Shown here one piece after another: positions 9,911 to 17,900 of a stretch of DNA of 64,000 nt (positions are counted from its first letter, which is position 1; the number at the start of each line of letters is the position of its first letter). The notes beneath the pieces were generated by a model that was given only the letters and a program-made list of their open reading frames with translations, was not told the DNA's origin and ran no database searches. The position numbers and the translations under genes are program-made. The stretch covers positions 12,713 to 76,712 of the forward strand of contig JAZRFD010000039.1 in assembly GCA_045661185.1 (NCBI GenBank), in the 5' to 3' direction. This DNA comes from Eubacteriales bacterium (GTDB lineage: Bacteria; Bacillota; Clostridia; Oscillospirales; CAG-272).

Positions 9911-10090
9911 TGGCTTGAGGGTTTGAAGGTTTGTGGGGAGAGGGGGACTTCTTACGGAGAAGTCCCCCTCTCCCCACAAACCTCACCCTTCAAGACCATC
10001 ACAAAAGAACACTCCCCCGAGATTGACGCCTTAACAACGTCAATCTCGGGGGGTGTGTGCGCTTCTGCGAAGCGCATTTTGGGTGAGGAA
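9911..10090 (+). repeat. Modular intergenic repeat, copy A (full length)
   Basis: Module 1 is the hairpin GGGGAGAGGGGGACTTCT-TACG-GAGAAGTCCCCCTCTCCCC (9935-9975) plus CCTCACCCTTCAAGACC. Module 2 is the hairpin CCCCCGAGATTGACG..CGTCAATCTCGGGGGG. Module 3 is GTGTGCGCTTCTGCGAAGCGCATTTTGGG. Related copies lie at 17738 and 58519. Confidence 0.8.
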
Positions 10091-10114
10091 ATTTCACCGA
10101 AAAGCATTAAAATG

Positions 10115-10930
10115 TCAAAACATTAGCTTGTCAACATCATCCAGCGAATCAAAAATGAAATCGGGGCGGTCAACGGGATCGGCCGCTTCCACGTCGGCAG
10201 GTTGGGTCTCGCCTGAATAAACGAGAACCGAGGTAATGCCGTGACGCTTGCCGAGTGCGATATCGGTATAGAGTCGGTCACCAAAAATGCACATCCGATC
10301 GCGGTCAACGCCCGTCGCCTCGCAGATCATTTGCGCGGTCTGGGGGTAGGGCTTGCCGAAATAGGTCGGTGTGACACCCGTAGACGCGGTGATGAACGCA
10401 GAGATCGCGCCGCTATCAGGGATCGGGCCGTTTTTGGTCGGGCAGTTAAAGTCGGGATGCGTGGAGAGGTATTCCGCGCCAAGACGAACCAAACGGCAGA
10501 CGTTTTCCAATTTTTGATAGGTAAGGGTCGTGTCAAAGCTCGTAATGACGATATCGGCATCCTCACCGATGTCCACAAGATGGATGCCGTACCCTCGCAT
10601 ATTCTCCACAAGCTCATCCGTGCCCATCAGATACACGCGCTGCCCCTTGCGGTGACGTAGAAGAAACTCCGCGGTCACGTCGCCCGAGGTCATGATCTCG
10701 CTCTGTCGCGGATCAAAACCCATGCGGGTAAGACGGGTCAGGTAAAATTCGGGGGAGTGAGATGCGTTGTTGGTAAAGAAAAGAACCTTTTTTCCGTTGG
10801 CGCGCAGATTCTTGATAAAGCGGATCGCGTAGGGAAAAACGCTTTCGTCCAGATAGATCGTGCCGTCCATATCAAAGATAAAAAGCTCTTTTTCTTTGAG
10901 AAGGGAAATGTTCGGATTGGTAAAATTCAT
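10115..10930 (-). CDS. HAD-IIA family hydrolase (NagD-like sugar phosphatase)
   Basis: FIFDMDGTIY is the DxDGT motif, with FFTNNAS and GDRLYTDI also present. GGAGG lies 7 nt before ATG 10930. Confidence 0.85.
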   Translation of the reverse strand: MNFTNPNISLLKEKELFIFDMDGTIYLDESVFPYAIRFIKNLRANGKKVLFFTNNASHSPEFYLTRLTRMGFDPRQSEIMTSGDVTAEFLLRHRKGQRVYLMGTDELVENMRGYGIHLVDIGEDADIVITSFDTTLTYQKLENVCRLVRLGAEYLSTHPDFNCPTKNGPIPDSGAISAFITASTGVTPTYFGKPYPQTAQMICEATGVDRDRMCIFGDRLYTDIALGKRHGITSVLVYSGETQPADVEAADPVDRPDFIFDSLDDVDKLMF

Positions 10931-11181
10931 GCTTGGTCCTCCGTTTGTTGTTCTGCAATTATGATACCACAAAAATGGGGAAAGTCAACCCTTTGCGGGA
11001 AAATAGACAATTTTCCAATCAAAAAGTGAAAAAAGGAAAGAAAAAGCCAAAAAGAAATTCAAAAAAATAAAAAAAATAGAAAAAAAGTATTGCAATTTTG
11101 AAAGAGTTATGGTAAAATATTAAAAGTGATTGTGAGGTTTGGCAAATAACCAAACACGAAATAGAATTTTGGAGGTACACA

Positions 11182-11487
11182 ATGATTTATTCTCTCGCAG
11201 CGGCTGCTACCAACACCGCAAAAAAGCTGACCACCTTTGATTGGCTCCAGTACGTTCTGGGCGGCGCACTGATCCTGTTTTCCGTGATCCTTGTGATCGT
11301 GGTCCTGTTCCAGTCCGCAAAGGATAGAAGACTGTCCGGTGCGATTGCCGGCGGTACGGATACCTTCTTTGGCAAGACCAAGGGCAAGACGATGGACAAG
11401 GTTCTTTCCAAGTTGACTATTGTGCTTTCCGTTATCATTGTTCTGATCACGGTTGCACTCAACATCGTTATCAGCTATTGGAACTAA
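11182..11487 (+). CDS. secG: Preprotein translocase subunit SecG
   Basis: VVLFQSAKDRRLSGAIAGGTDTFFGKTKG closely mirrors the Bacillus SecG core (LLQSSKSAGLSGAISGG..LFGK). Two TM segments. Confidence 0.85.
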   Translation: MIYSLAAAATNTAKKLTTFDWLQYVLGGALILFSVILVIVVLFQSAKDRRLSGAIAGGTDTFFGKTKGKTMDKVLSKLTIVLSVIIVLITVALNIVISYWN

Positions 11488-11498
11488 TAGGTGAATAA

Positions 11499-11532
11499 AA
11501 GAAACGGTCAAGCCTTGGCTTGACCGTTTCTT
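11499..11532. terminator. Bidirectional terminator (secG / yegP-like)
   Basis: AAGAAACGGTCAAGCC-TTGG-CTTGACCGTTTCTT, A-rich before and T-rich after. Confidence 0.8.
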
Positions 11533-11539
11533 TATGTTC

Positions 11540-12661
11540 TTATTTGGCCTCCAGCTCGATGGATGCGGACACGATAAACTTTTTCACCGAGTCGATGATC
11601 TTTTCGCACTGGGGCTTGTTGTCGTAGGACTCACCGATAAAGGCGGGGGCAGAACCGATGTTCTTGAGCACGTAACGGTAGTTGTCAAACTTGTCGCGGT
11701 CAACAAAGAAGTTGCCGACGTAAGCCGCACGCTTGAAGGAGTCAACACCCTTGCGTGCCGCCGCCTCGGTTGCGTAGTAACGGCTGGAGTAGAGGATCTG
11801 ACCGTTGTTGGCAAGGAGGTAGAAGGTGAACTGATCGTCCTCCTGACAGATCTCAAACTTACCCATTCTGGGAGCTGCCTTTTCAGCGGCCTCAACCGCT
11901 CTCCAGTCAATATCGTCGGGGCGACGCTTTGCGTTCTTTGCCAATTCAAAAGCGGCGATCGCCTCCTTGGAGGGGGCATAGCGCAGGATCTTGGCGTTGT
12001 TCGCAAACTTCTTTACGGACTCCACGCACTTCTGGCATTGATCCTTGGTCTTGTAGTTTTCACCGTAATACTTGCGCTCCAGGACGAAGCGGAAGCGGTC
12101 GTACTTGTCGCGGTGGATCTCAAACGTGCCCTCCGCAACTGTCTTTTTAAAGGTTTCGATGCCCTTGAGAGCACCCAGAATGGTGGTAAAGCCGGGGCTG
12201 TCGAACAGCACCTGACCGTTATTTGCGATCAGATAGAAATGGAAGCCGTCGACCTCCAATTCAAACTCATACTTACCAACTGCCTTGGAGGGGGAGCGCA
12301 GGATCTGCGCGTCTGCCTCTGCGATTGCCTGATCGAACGCCAGACGAACGTCCTCCTCGGATTTTATAAAGAAGGGCTTCGTTACGGGAACGGCCGTCGT
12401 ATTGGGCTTTGCGGCCTTTGCGGGAGCCTTCGTAGGAGCCTTTGTGGGCGCTTTGGCAGGGGAAGCCTTGACAGCGGTTGCCTTGGGAGCTGCCTTTGCA
12501 GGTGCCTTCACGGGCGCTTTTGTGGGAGTGGCAGGAGCCTCGGCTGCAACGGGAACCTTTACGTCACGAATGGACGGCCCTTTCTTTTCAACAGCGGGCG
12601 TAGCCTCGACCTTTGCGTCGTTTTTCTTTTCATCTTTATTCTTTTTCTTAAAAAGTCCCAT
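11540..12661 (-). CDS. Four-repeat DUF1508 (YegP/UPF0339) protein with N-terminal Lys/Ala/Pro-rich tail
   Basis: Four YegP-like units are present, e.g. GKFEICQEDDQFTFYLLANNGQILYSSRYYATEAAARKGVDSFKRA and GKYEFELEVDGFHFYLIANNGQVLFDS. The start was chosen 5 nt after GGAGG; alternatives are 12664 and 12673. A TTGACA-17-TAAAAT promoter lies at 12694-12722 on the minus strand. Confidence 0.75.
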   Translation of the reverse strand: MGLFKKKNKDEKKNDAKVEATPAVEKKGPSIRDVKVPVAAEAPATPTKAPVKAPAKAAPKATAVKASPAKAPTKAPTKAPAKAAKPNTTAVPVTKPFFIKSEEDVRLAFDQAIAEADAQILRSPSKAVGKYEFELEVDGFHFYLIANNGQVLFDSPGFTTILGALKGIETFKKTVAEGTFEIHRDKYDRFRFVLERKYYGENYKTKDQCQKCVESVKKFANNAKILRYAPSKEAIAAFELAKNAKRRPDDIDWRAVEAAEKAAPRMGKFEICQEDDQFTFYLLANNGQILYSSRYYATEAAARKGVDSFKRAAYVGNFFVDRDKFDNYRYVLKNIGSAPAFIGESYDNKPQCEKIIDSVKKFIVSASIELEAK

Positions 12662-12809
12662 CATGACCTCCATATAATTTTATTTCTATGTTTATTTTAT
12701 CACAAATTTTTTTTGATGTCAACCGCATAAAAAAAACTTTTGGCGTTTTTTGAGAAAAATATAACTATTATATCCATATGTCAACGCCGCGGAAAATATT
12801 TGTGATTCT

Positions 12810-13775
12810 TTAAGCATCGAGGGCAGCAAAGATCTCCTTCCAAACGGTTTCGTCCTGCGCCGTCATGCGGTTCCAATCAAAGGACGCAACGAAGGCGGCA
12901 CGCTGCTCGGGTGTGGAGAGAAGTCCCTTGCGGAGCATTTTTCTTTGCATTTTCGTGTATTGTGCAAGATATTGCACGGCATCGGTGGTATAGTTGGGGT
13001 TGTGTCCCTTGTCGGGAACCTGCAAAAAGCGAATATTTTCTTTATCCGAAAGCCCCACCTTCAATAGATCAAAATGCGGATGTTTGCGGCACATTTGGTC
13101 GTTTTCCGAGTAAATTAAGAGCACTTTTGCGGTAGAGGCGGCAAGGGAATCCACCGCGTGAAAGTCTACAAATTTGGGGTTGGACGCACGCTCCAAATCC
13201 ATCACCGCGCGGCGGTAGCCCTTGAGAAGCCCTGCGAAAAAGGAGTTGACAAGAGTTTCAACGGAAACAAAGCCCGACATGACCACAACGTGGGAGATTT
13301 CGGGATGAAGCGCGGAAATATTCAGCGTTGAAAAGCCGCCCCAGCTGTGTCCCATAACGGAGAGGTCAAGACCGTCAAATTGCGCGTCGCTCTTGATCTG
13401 GTTCAGGCAATCGTTCAGATCGCACAGAGATTGCGCCATACCGTTCGGTGTTTCACCGCCCGATTCCATGCAACCCGTGTGGTCGTAGGCAAATACGCGA
13501 TAGCCGTGGCGGCAGAGCATTTCGATCTCCTTCATATAGGAGCGGTGACCGCCGAAAAAGCCGTGGTCAAAAATGATGAGCTGCGAGGGATCATACCCCT
13601 CATAGTGATAAATATACCCCTGCAAGGCGTGACCCGCCGAGGCGGTAAAGGGGTAGGGCGTGGCAGAGAGACCGGGGAAATCCTTTGCCGAAAAATAATA
13701 CGCGAGCCCCGCATCGTCACAGCGCGTGTACGCCATACCGCGATACATTCCAAGCACTTGCTTTTCAAAAATCAT
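12810..13775 (-). CDS. Alpha/beta hydrolase (serine hydrolase)
   Basis: GHSWGG nucleophile elbow and an HGFFGG oxyanion region. GGGAGG RBS before ATG 13775. Confidence 0.8.
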   Translation of the reverse strand: MIFEKQVLGMYRGMAYTRCDDAGLAYYFSAKDFPGLSATPYPFTASAGHALQGYIYHYEGYDPSQLIIFDHGFFGGHRSYMKEIEMLCRHGYRVFAYDHTGCMESGGETPNGMAQSLCDLNDCLNQIKSDAQFDGLDLSVMGHSWGGFSTLNISALHPEISHVVVMSGFVSVETLVNSFFAGLLKGYRRAVMDLERASNPKFVDFHAVDSLAASTAKVLLIYSENDQMCRKHPHFDLLKVGLSDKENIRFLQVPDKGHNPNYTTDAVQYLAQYTKMQRKMLRKGLLSTPEQRAAFVASFDWNRMTAQDETVWKEIFAALDA

Positions 13776-14063
13776 AATTGCCTCCCACTCTGACGCGGCA
13801 ACGCCGCATCGAATCATCTATATTATATCATATCGGATCAACAAAATCAAGGGAGCAACGCGCGACTTTTTGAAGCGGCTAAGACGTCACAGACAGTCCC
13901 GCACCTAAAATGATCTGAAATATTACTTTTTTTTCAAAAAGCCATTGACATATTCACTAAAATGTGGTATCATATACACAGAATAATTATGCAACTTTAC
14001 GCGATTTCTGTATCAAACGCGAAAAGTTGCTTTTTTGATCCTTACCGAGAAAGAGAGGAAAGT

Positions 14064-15173
14064 ATGAATAAAAAATACAGACTGTCCACCACGCTGGATA
14101 TAGATGACCTTTTGATGGAATGTACGAGCTACGCCATCAAGCTTGCAAACGAAAAGTACAAATTCGATCCCCCCATGACGATGTACGAAAAAGACCGCTG
14201 GGGAAAGATCGGCAAGAGAATCGACAGCATTTACCCCTATTTTAACGATGCCGAATTTTACCGTACACAGCCCGTATACGAGGGTGCCAAGGAATTTGTG
14301 CGTCGGTTGAGCCAAATGACCGAGGTGTTTGTCTGCACCGCCGTGCCGCCGCAGTTTATGGGAATCCGCGCGCAACGGATCATGGAGGAATTTCCCGAGA
14401 TCCCCATCGACCACATTTATATGGGCGCGCGCAAGGATAACATCCACACGGATATTCTGTTCGACGACGCAATGCACAACATCCTGAATTCCAGTGCCAA
14501 ATATCCCGTATTGATGCGTCGGCCGTGGAATCAGGAGGCAACGGGCATGCTCGCGGTCAACCATTACGATGAATTTTTGAAGATCGTGGAGATCATCGCG
14601 GCAAGCTATTCCACCAATCCCGGGGAGAACGATCCGAAGGAGTCCGATATCGTTGTGTTGGTCGGGCCGTCCGGCACGGGAAAATCCAAGATTGCCACGC
14701 GTTTTCTTGCGGAACACGAAAACTTCCAAAAGTTGCCCGGCTATACGACCAAGGATCCCACGGCGTTGGAGGAAAACCCGTGGTATCAGTATGTTTCCGT
14801 GGAGGATTTCCGCGCCATGTGCAACAGCGGAGAGATGCTGCAATCCACCATGTATGCAGGGCACGGATATGGCTCCAAAAAAGCGGATATCGAAGCAATT
14901 CTCGCAAGCGGCAAGCGTGTTTTGACAACGATGGATATTTGCGGCGCCATGTCGCTCAAAACGCAATTCAAACACGTGACGACGGTTTACACCAAGCGCG
15001 AAAAGCGTGCGTTGATGGCAAATATCATCAGCAAAAATTCCTCGGTCGAGGATAAGGTCAACCGCCTGTTGGCCTTGGAATACGTAGACAAAAACGCGGC
15101 GCTTTGCGACTACGTGATCAGCTTTGACAATTACGACGACGCGCTTGGCAGGCTGAACAAAATACTAAAATAA
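14064..15173 (+). CDS. Fusion protein: NT5C-type 5'(3')-deoxyribonucleotidase-like HAD domain + guanylate kinase-like P-loop domain
   Basis: The N-terminal half has LDIDDLL (DxD) and ILFDDAMHN motifs. The C-terminal half has VLVGPSGTGKSK (Walker A), GYTTKDP and YVSVEDF...GEMLQSTMYAGHGYG, a Gmk-like layout. It is a single uninterrupted ORF. Confidence 0.65.
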   Translation: MNKKYRLSTTLDIDDLLMECTSYAIKLANEKYKFDPPMTMYEKDRWGKIGKRIDSIYPYFNDAEFYRTQPVYEGAKEFVRRLSQMTEVFVCTAVPPQFMGIRAQRIMEEFPEIPIDHIYMGARKDNIHTDILFDDAMHNILNSSAKYPVLMRRPWNQEATGMLAVNHYDEFLKIVEIIAASYSTNPGENDPKESDIVVLVGPSGTGKSKIATRFLAEHENFQKLPGYTTKDPTALEENPWYQYVSVEDFRAMCNSGEMLQSTMYAGHGYGSKKADIEAILASGKRVLTTMDICGAMSLKTQFKHVTTVYTKREKRALMANIISKNSSVEDKVNRLLALEYVDKNAALCDYVISFDNYDDALGRLNKILK

Positions 15174-15181
15174 AAGCACAT

Positions 15182-15213
15182 AAAAAAGGGGAGTGAACCG
15201 CGGCTCACTCCCC
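15182..15213 (-). terminator. Terminator after rubrerythrin (minus strand)
   Basis: GGGGAGTGA(ACCGCGG)CTCACTCCCC stem with a T-run on the minus strand. Confidence 0.75.
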
Positions 15214-15224
15214 AATGCTATCCA

Positions 15225-15776
15225 TTATTTACCGAAGTATCTCTCAAGGAGTCCCTTGAACGCCTTGCCGTGGCGAGCCTCGTCGCGTGCCATTTCGTGA
15301 ACGGTGTCGTGGATGGCGTCGAGATTGAGCTGCTTTGCCATCTTTGCAAGCTCGAATTTGCCGGCGGTCGCGCCGTTTTCAGCCTCTACGCGAACGGTCA
15401 GGTTCTCTTTGGTGGAGGTGGAAACGCACTCACCGAGCAGCTCTGCAAACTTTGCTGCATGCTCTGCTTCCTCATAAGCCGCCTTTTCCCAGTAAAGACC
15501 GATCTCGGCGTAGCCCTCTCTGTGAGCCACTCTTGCCATTGCCAGATACATACCAACCTCGGTGCATTCGCCCTGGAAGTTCGCGCGCAGACCCTCAATG
15601 ATCTCAGCGGGAGCATCCTTTGCAACGCCAACGATGTGCTCGGCAGCCCAAGTCATTTCAGCGGACTCAACAACCTCTTCAAACTTTTCACCGGGTGCCC
15701 GGCACAGGGGGCACTTTTCGGGACGTACGTCAGACTCAACAATCTCACCGCAAACGGTGCATCTCCATTTTTTCAT
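15225..15776 (-). CDS. rbr: Reverse rubrerythrin (N-terminal rubredoxin-like CxxC x2, C-terminal ferritin-like diiron domain)
   Basis: WRCTVCGE...KCPLCRAP at the N-terminus, followed by ExxH diiron motifs ([18 protein letters not shown]). Confidence 0.88.
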   Translation of the reverse strand: MKKWRCTVCGEIVESDVRPEKCPLCRAPGEKFEEVVESAEMTWAAEHIVGVAKDAPAEIIEGLRANFQGECTEVGMYLAMARVAHREGYAEIGLYWEKAAYEEAEHAAKFAELLGECVSTSTKENLTVRVEAENGATAGKFELAKMAKQLNLDAIHDTVHEMARDEARHGKAFKGLLERYFGK

Positions 15777-15968
15777 ATGTGTATCTCCTTATTTTATATG
15801 TCGGGCGGACGTGTCCGCCTGTGCTTTTATTGTAACATAATTTTATGATGCTGTCAACTGATTTTAAACAGATTTTTTTACAAAATGTTTGGCAAAACGG
15901 CTTGACAAAGGAACGGTTTTCGGGTACAATTTTTAGTAGAAGTAACGAGAAAGCGAGGGAAGTGCTTG

Positions 15969-17111
15969 ATGGTCGAGAAATTGAATAAAAAACGTGAAAA
16001 GAAGAAGGATATCGAGCTGCTTCTTTCGATTTTTTTTATTGTCATGGGCGTGTTTGTGTTGCTTTTGACGACAGTCACGCTTCTGCGCGTTGTATTGGGT
16101 CCCGAGCCCGACCCCACAACGCCAACCACCGCGCCGCAAGGACCCATCACACCGCCCACCCCCACAAATGCGATCTTTACGGGCGGCAAGCTTGAACAGC
16201 TCCCACACGTCACGTCAAGCACAGCTGACGCGACCGCCGATATCAAATCCAACTATGCTGTTTTGATCGACGCGTCCAGCGGTGAGATTTTAGCGCAAAA
16301 GGGTGGGGACGCGCGCTTCAATCCCGCGTCCATGACCAAGGTCATGACCCTGATCGTGGCGTGCGAATACCTGACGGACGCAGACCTCGATCGCAAGCTG
16401 CAGCTTTCGCAGGCGGCGCACGATTACATGAGCACGGGCGCATATGCGGGCGCATCGACCTCTTTTATTAAGCAGAGCATTTACTTGAACGACTTCGCAT
16501 CGGTCAAGGATGTCTTGTATGCCATTGGCATTGCCTCGGCGGCGGACGCAACCTACTTGATCTGCGTGGACGTTGCGGGCTCGGAGGCGGCATTCGTGGA
16601 CCGGATGAACCAAAAGGCGGCCGCTTTGGAGCTTACGAACACGCACTTTGACAACGCGATCGGGCATGAGAGCGAAAACAACTATACCACGGCTGCCGAT
16701 ATGGCGGCGATTATGGCGTATGCGCTTCAGTGCGACCTGATCCGCGACATCCTTTCTTACGATCAAACCTATGCGTGCCCGGTCTATCGGGATGCCGAGG
16801 GCACACTCTATCCCGACAATTATCATTGGTATCTCAACAGCTCCTTGTTCAATACGAACCCGGAAGCGTCCAGCCGTTTTAAGGCGTATAAAACCTACTA
16901 CGAAAAGGATTTTGCGCTGAAGTCCGCGACCTTCGGCGGCGGAAAAACGGGCACGCTCGGTGATGGGAGCCCAAGCGATCCGTGGATCTATTCCCTGGTA
17001 TCCTACGCCACGCAGGACGGCAAAACCTACATTGCCGTAACGGGGGAAACGAATACGGGCGGCTTTGTGATGCGCGACGCCCAGGTGCTTTACGACAATT
17101 ACATCAAATAA
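15969..17111 (+). CDS. D-alanyl-D-alanine carboxypeptidase (peptidase S11-like) with N-terminal membrane anchor
   Basis: SMTK (SxxK) and KTGT motifs are present. The position of SxN reads SAAD. A TTGACA-17-TACAAT promoter lies upstream. Confidence 0.75.
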   Translation: MVEKLNKKREKKKDIELLLSIFFIVMGVFVLLLTTVTLLRVVLGPEPDPTTPTTAPQGPITPPTPTNAIFTGGKLEQLPHVTSSTADATADIKSNYAVLIDASSGEILAQKGGDARFNPASMTKVMTLIVACEYLTDADLDRKLQLSQAAHDYMSTGAYAGASTSFIKQSIYLNDFASVKDVLYAIGIASAADATYLICVDVAGSEAAFVDRMNQKAAALELTNTHFDNAIGHESENNYTTAADMAAIMAYALQCDLIRDILSYDQTYACPVYRDAEGTLYPDNYHWYLNSSLFNTNPEASSRFKAYKTYYEKDFALKSATFGGGKTGTLGDGSPSDPWIYSLVSYATQDGKTYIAVTGETNTGGFVMRDAQVLYDNYIK

Positions 17112-17172
17112 AATATCCCTCCTTGTGCTTTTTGCATATACTGCAAAGAGAAAATGCAAGGAGGGCTTTTTT

Positions 17173-17727
17173 ATGCTGATCACAAAACCTTACAACCGCG
17201 AGCGTGCCGTGGAATATGCTCGCACGTGGGCTCTGCGCCGCAATCCGCTTTTTATTGATTTTACGGGCATTGGTGGAAACTGTACCAATTTCGTTTCCCA
17301 AGCGGTGTTGGCGGGGAGCTGTACCATGAACTACACGCCCGATTTCGGGTGGTATTACATCTCACCCGAGGAGCGTGCCCCCGCTTGGAGTAGCGTGGAA
17401 GCGTTTTATGATTTTATCACGGGGCAGGGGGCTTTCCCGGAGCAGAACGGCGGTGCGGGGCCCTTTGCGCGCGAGGTGGCGCGTGAGGAGGCTGTGGTTG
17501 GAGACGTTGTGCAGTATGCGACAGCGGACGGGGACTGGTATCATACGGTTTTGATCACCCTGATCGAGAACGGTGAGATCTACGTCAGCGCACAGTCCGA
17601 CGACGCGCTCGACCGTCCGATCTCGTCCTACAATTTTGCGTCCGCACGGTTTCTCCATATTGAGGGCGTTCGCTTTGATCTTTCCGACGACGCCTGCTTC
17701 GAGGTGTTGCTGAACGGGGGAGTTTGA
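17173..17727 (+). CDS. Putative amidase-domain protein (Amidase_6-like)
   Basis: The motif GGNCTNFVSQAVLAG is typical of the 'putative amidase domain' family. AAGGAGGG RBS lies 8 nt upstream. Confidence 0.65.
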   Translation: MLITKPYNRERAVEYARTWALRRNPLFIDFTGIGGNCTNFVSQAVLAGSCTMNYTPDFGWYYISPEERAPAWSSVEAFYDFITGQGAFPEQNGGAGPFAREVAREEAVVGDVVQYATADGDWYHTVLITLIENGEIYVSAQSDDALDRPISSYNFASARFLHIEGVRFDLSDDACFEVLLNGGV

Positions 17728-17737
17728 ATGGAAGAAG

Positions 17738-17900
17738 AATTGTAGGGAGAGGGGGAGCTTTTTAAGGAAAAGCTCCCCCTCTCCCCACGCCCCTCACCCC
17801 CTAAAACCTTCCCATAAGGGCACGCCCCGCGCGTTTGTGTCTCAACAACACAAACGCGCTGCGCGTGTGCGCTTCTCTGAAGCGCATTTGGGGGTCAGAG
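17738..17900 (+). repeat. Modular intergenic repeat, copy B
   Basis: AGGGAGAGGGGGAGCTTTT-TAAGG-AAAAGCTCCCCCTCTCCCC (17743-17785), then CCTCACCCCCTAAAACC. The next hairpin is GCGCGTTTGTG-TCTCAACAA-CACAAACGCGC, followed by GTGTGCGCTTCTCTGAAGCGCATTTGGGGG. Confidence 0.8.

Noticed and set aside
11534-12730. 398-aa ORF on the plus strand
   Set aside because: It lies entirely antisense to the well-supported YegP-repeat gene. It has no RBS and a Gly/Leu/Val/Cys/Arg-rich composition typical of a shadow ORF in GC-rich coding DNA.
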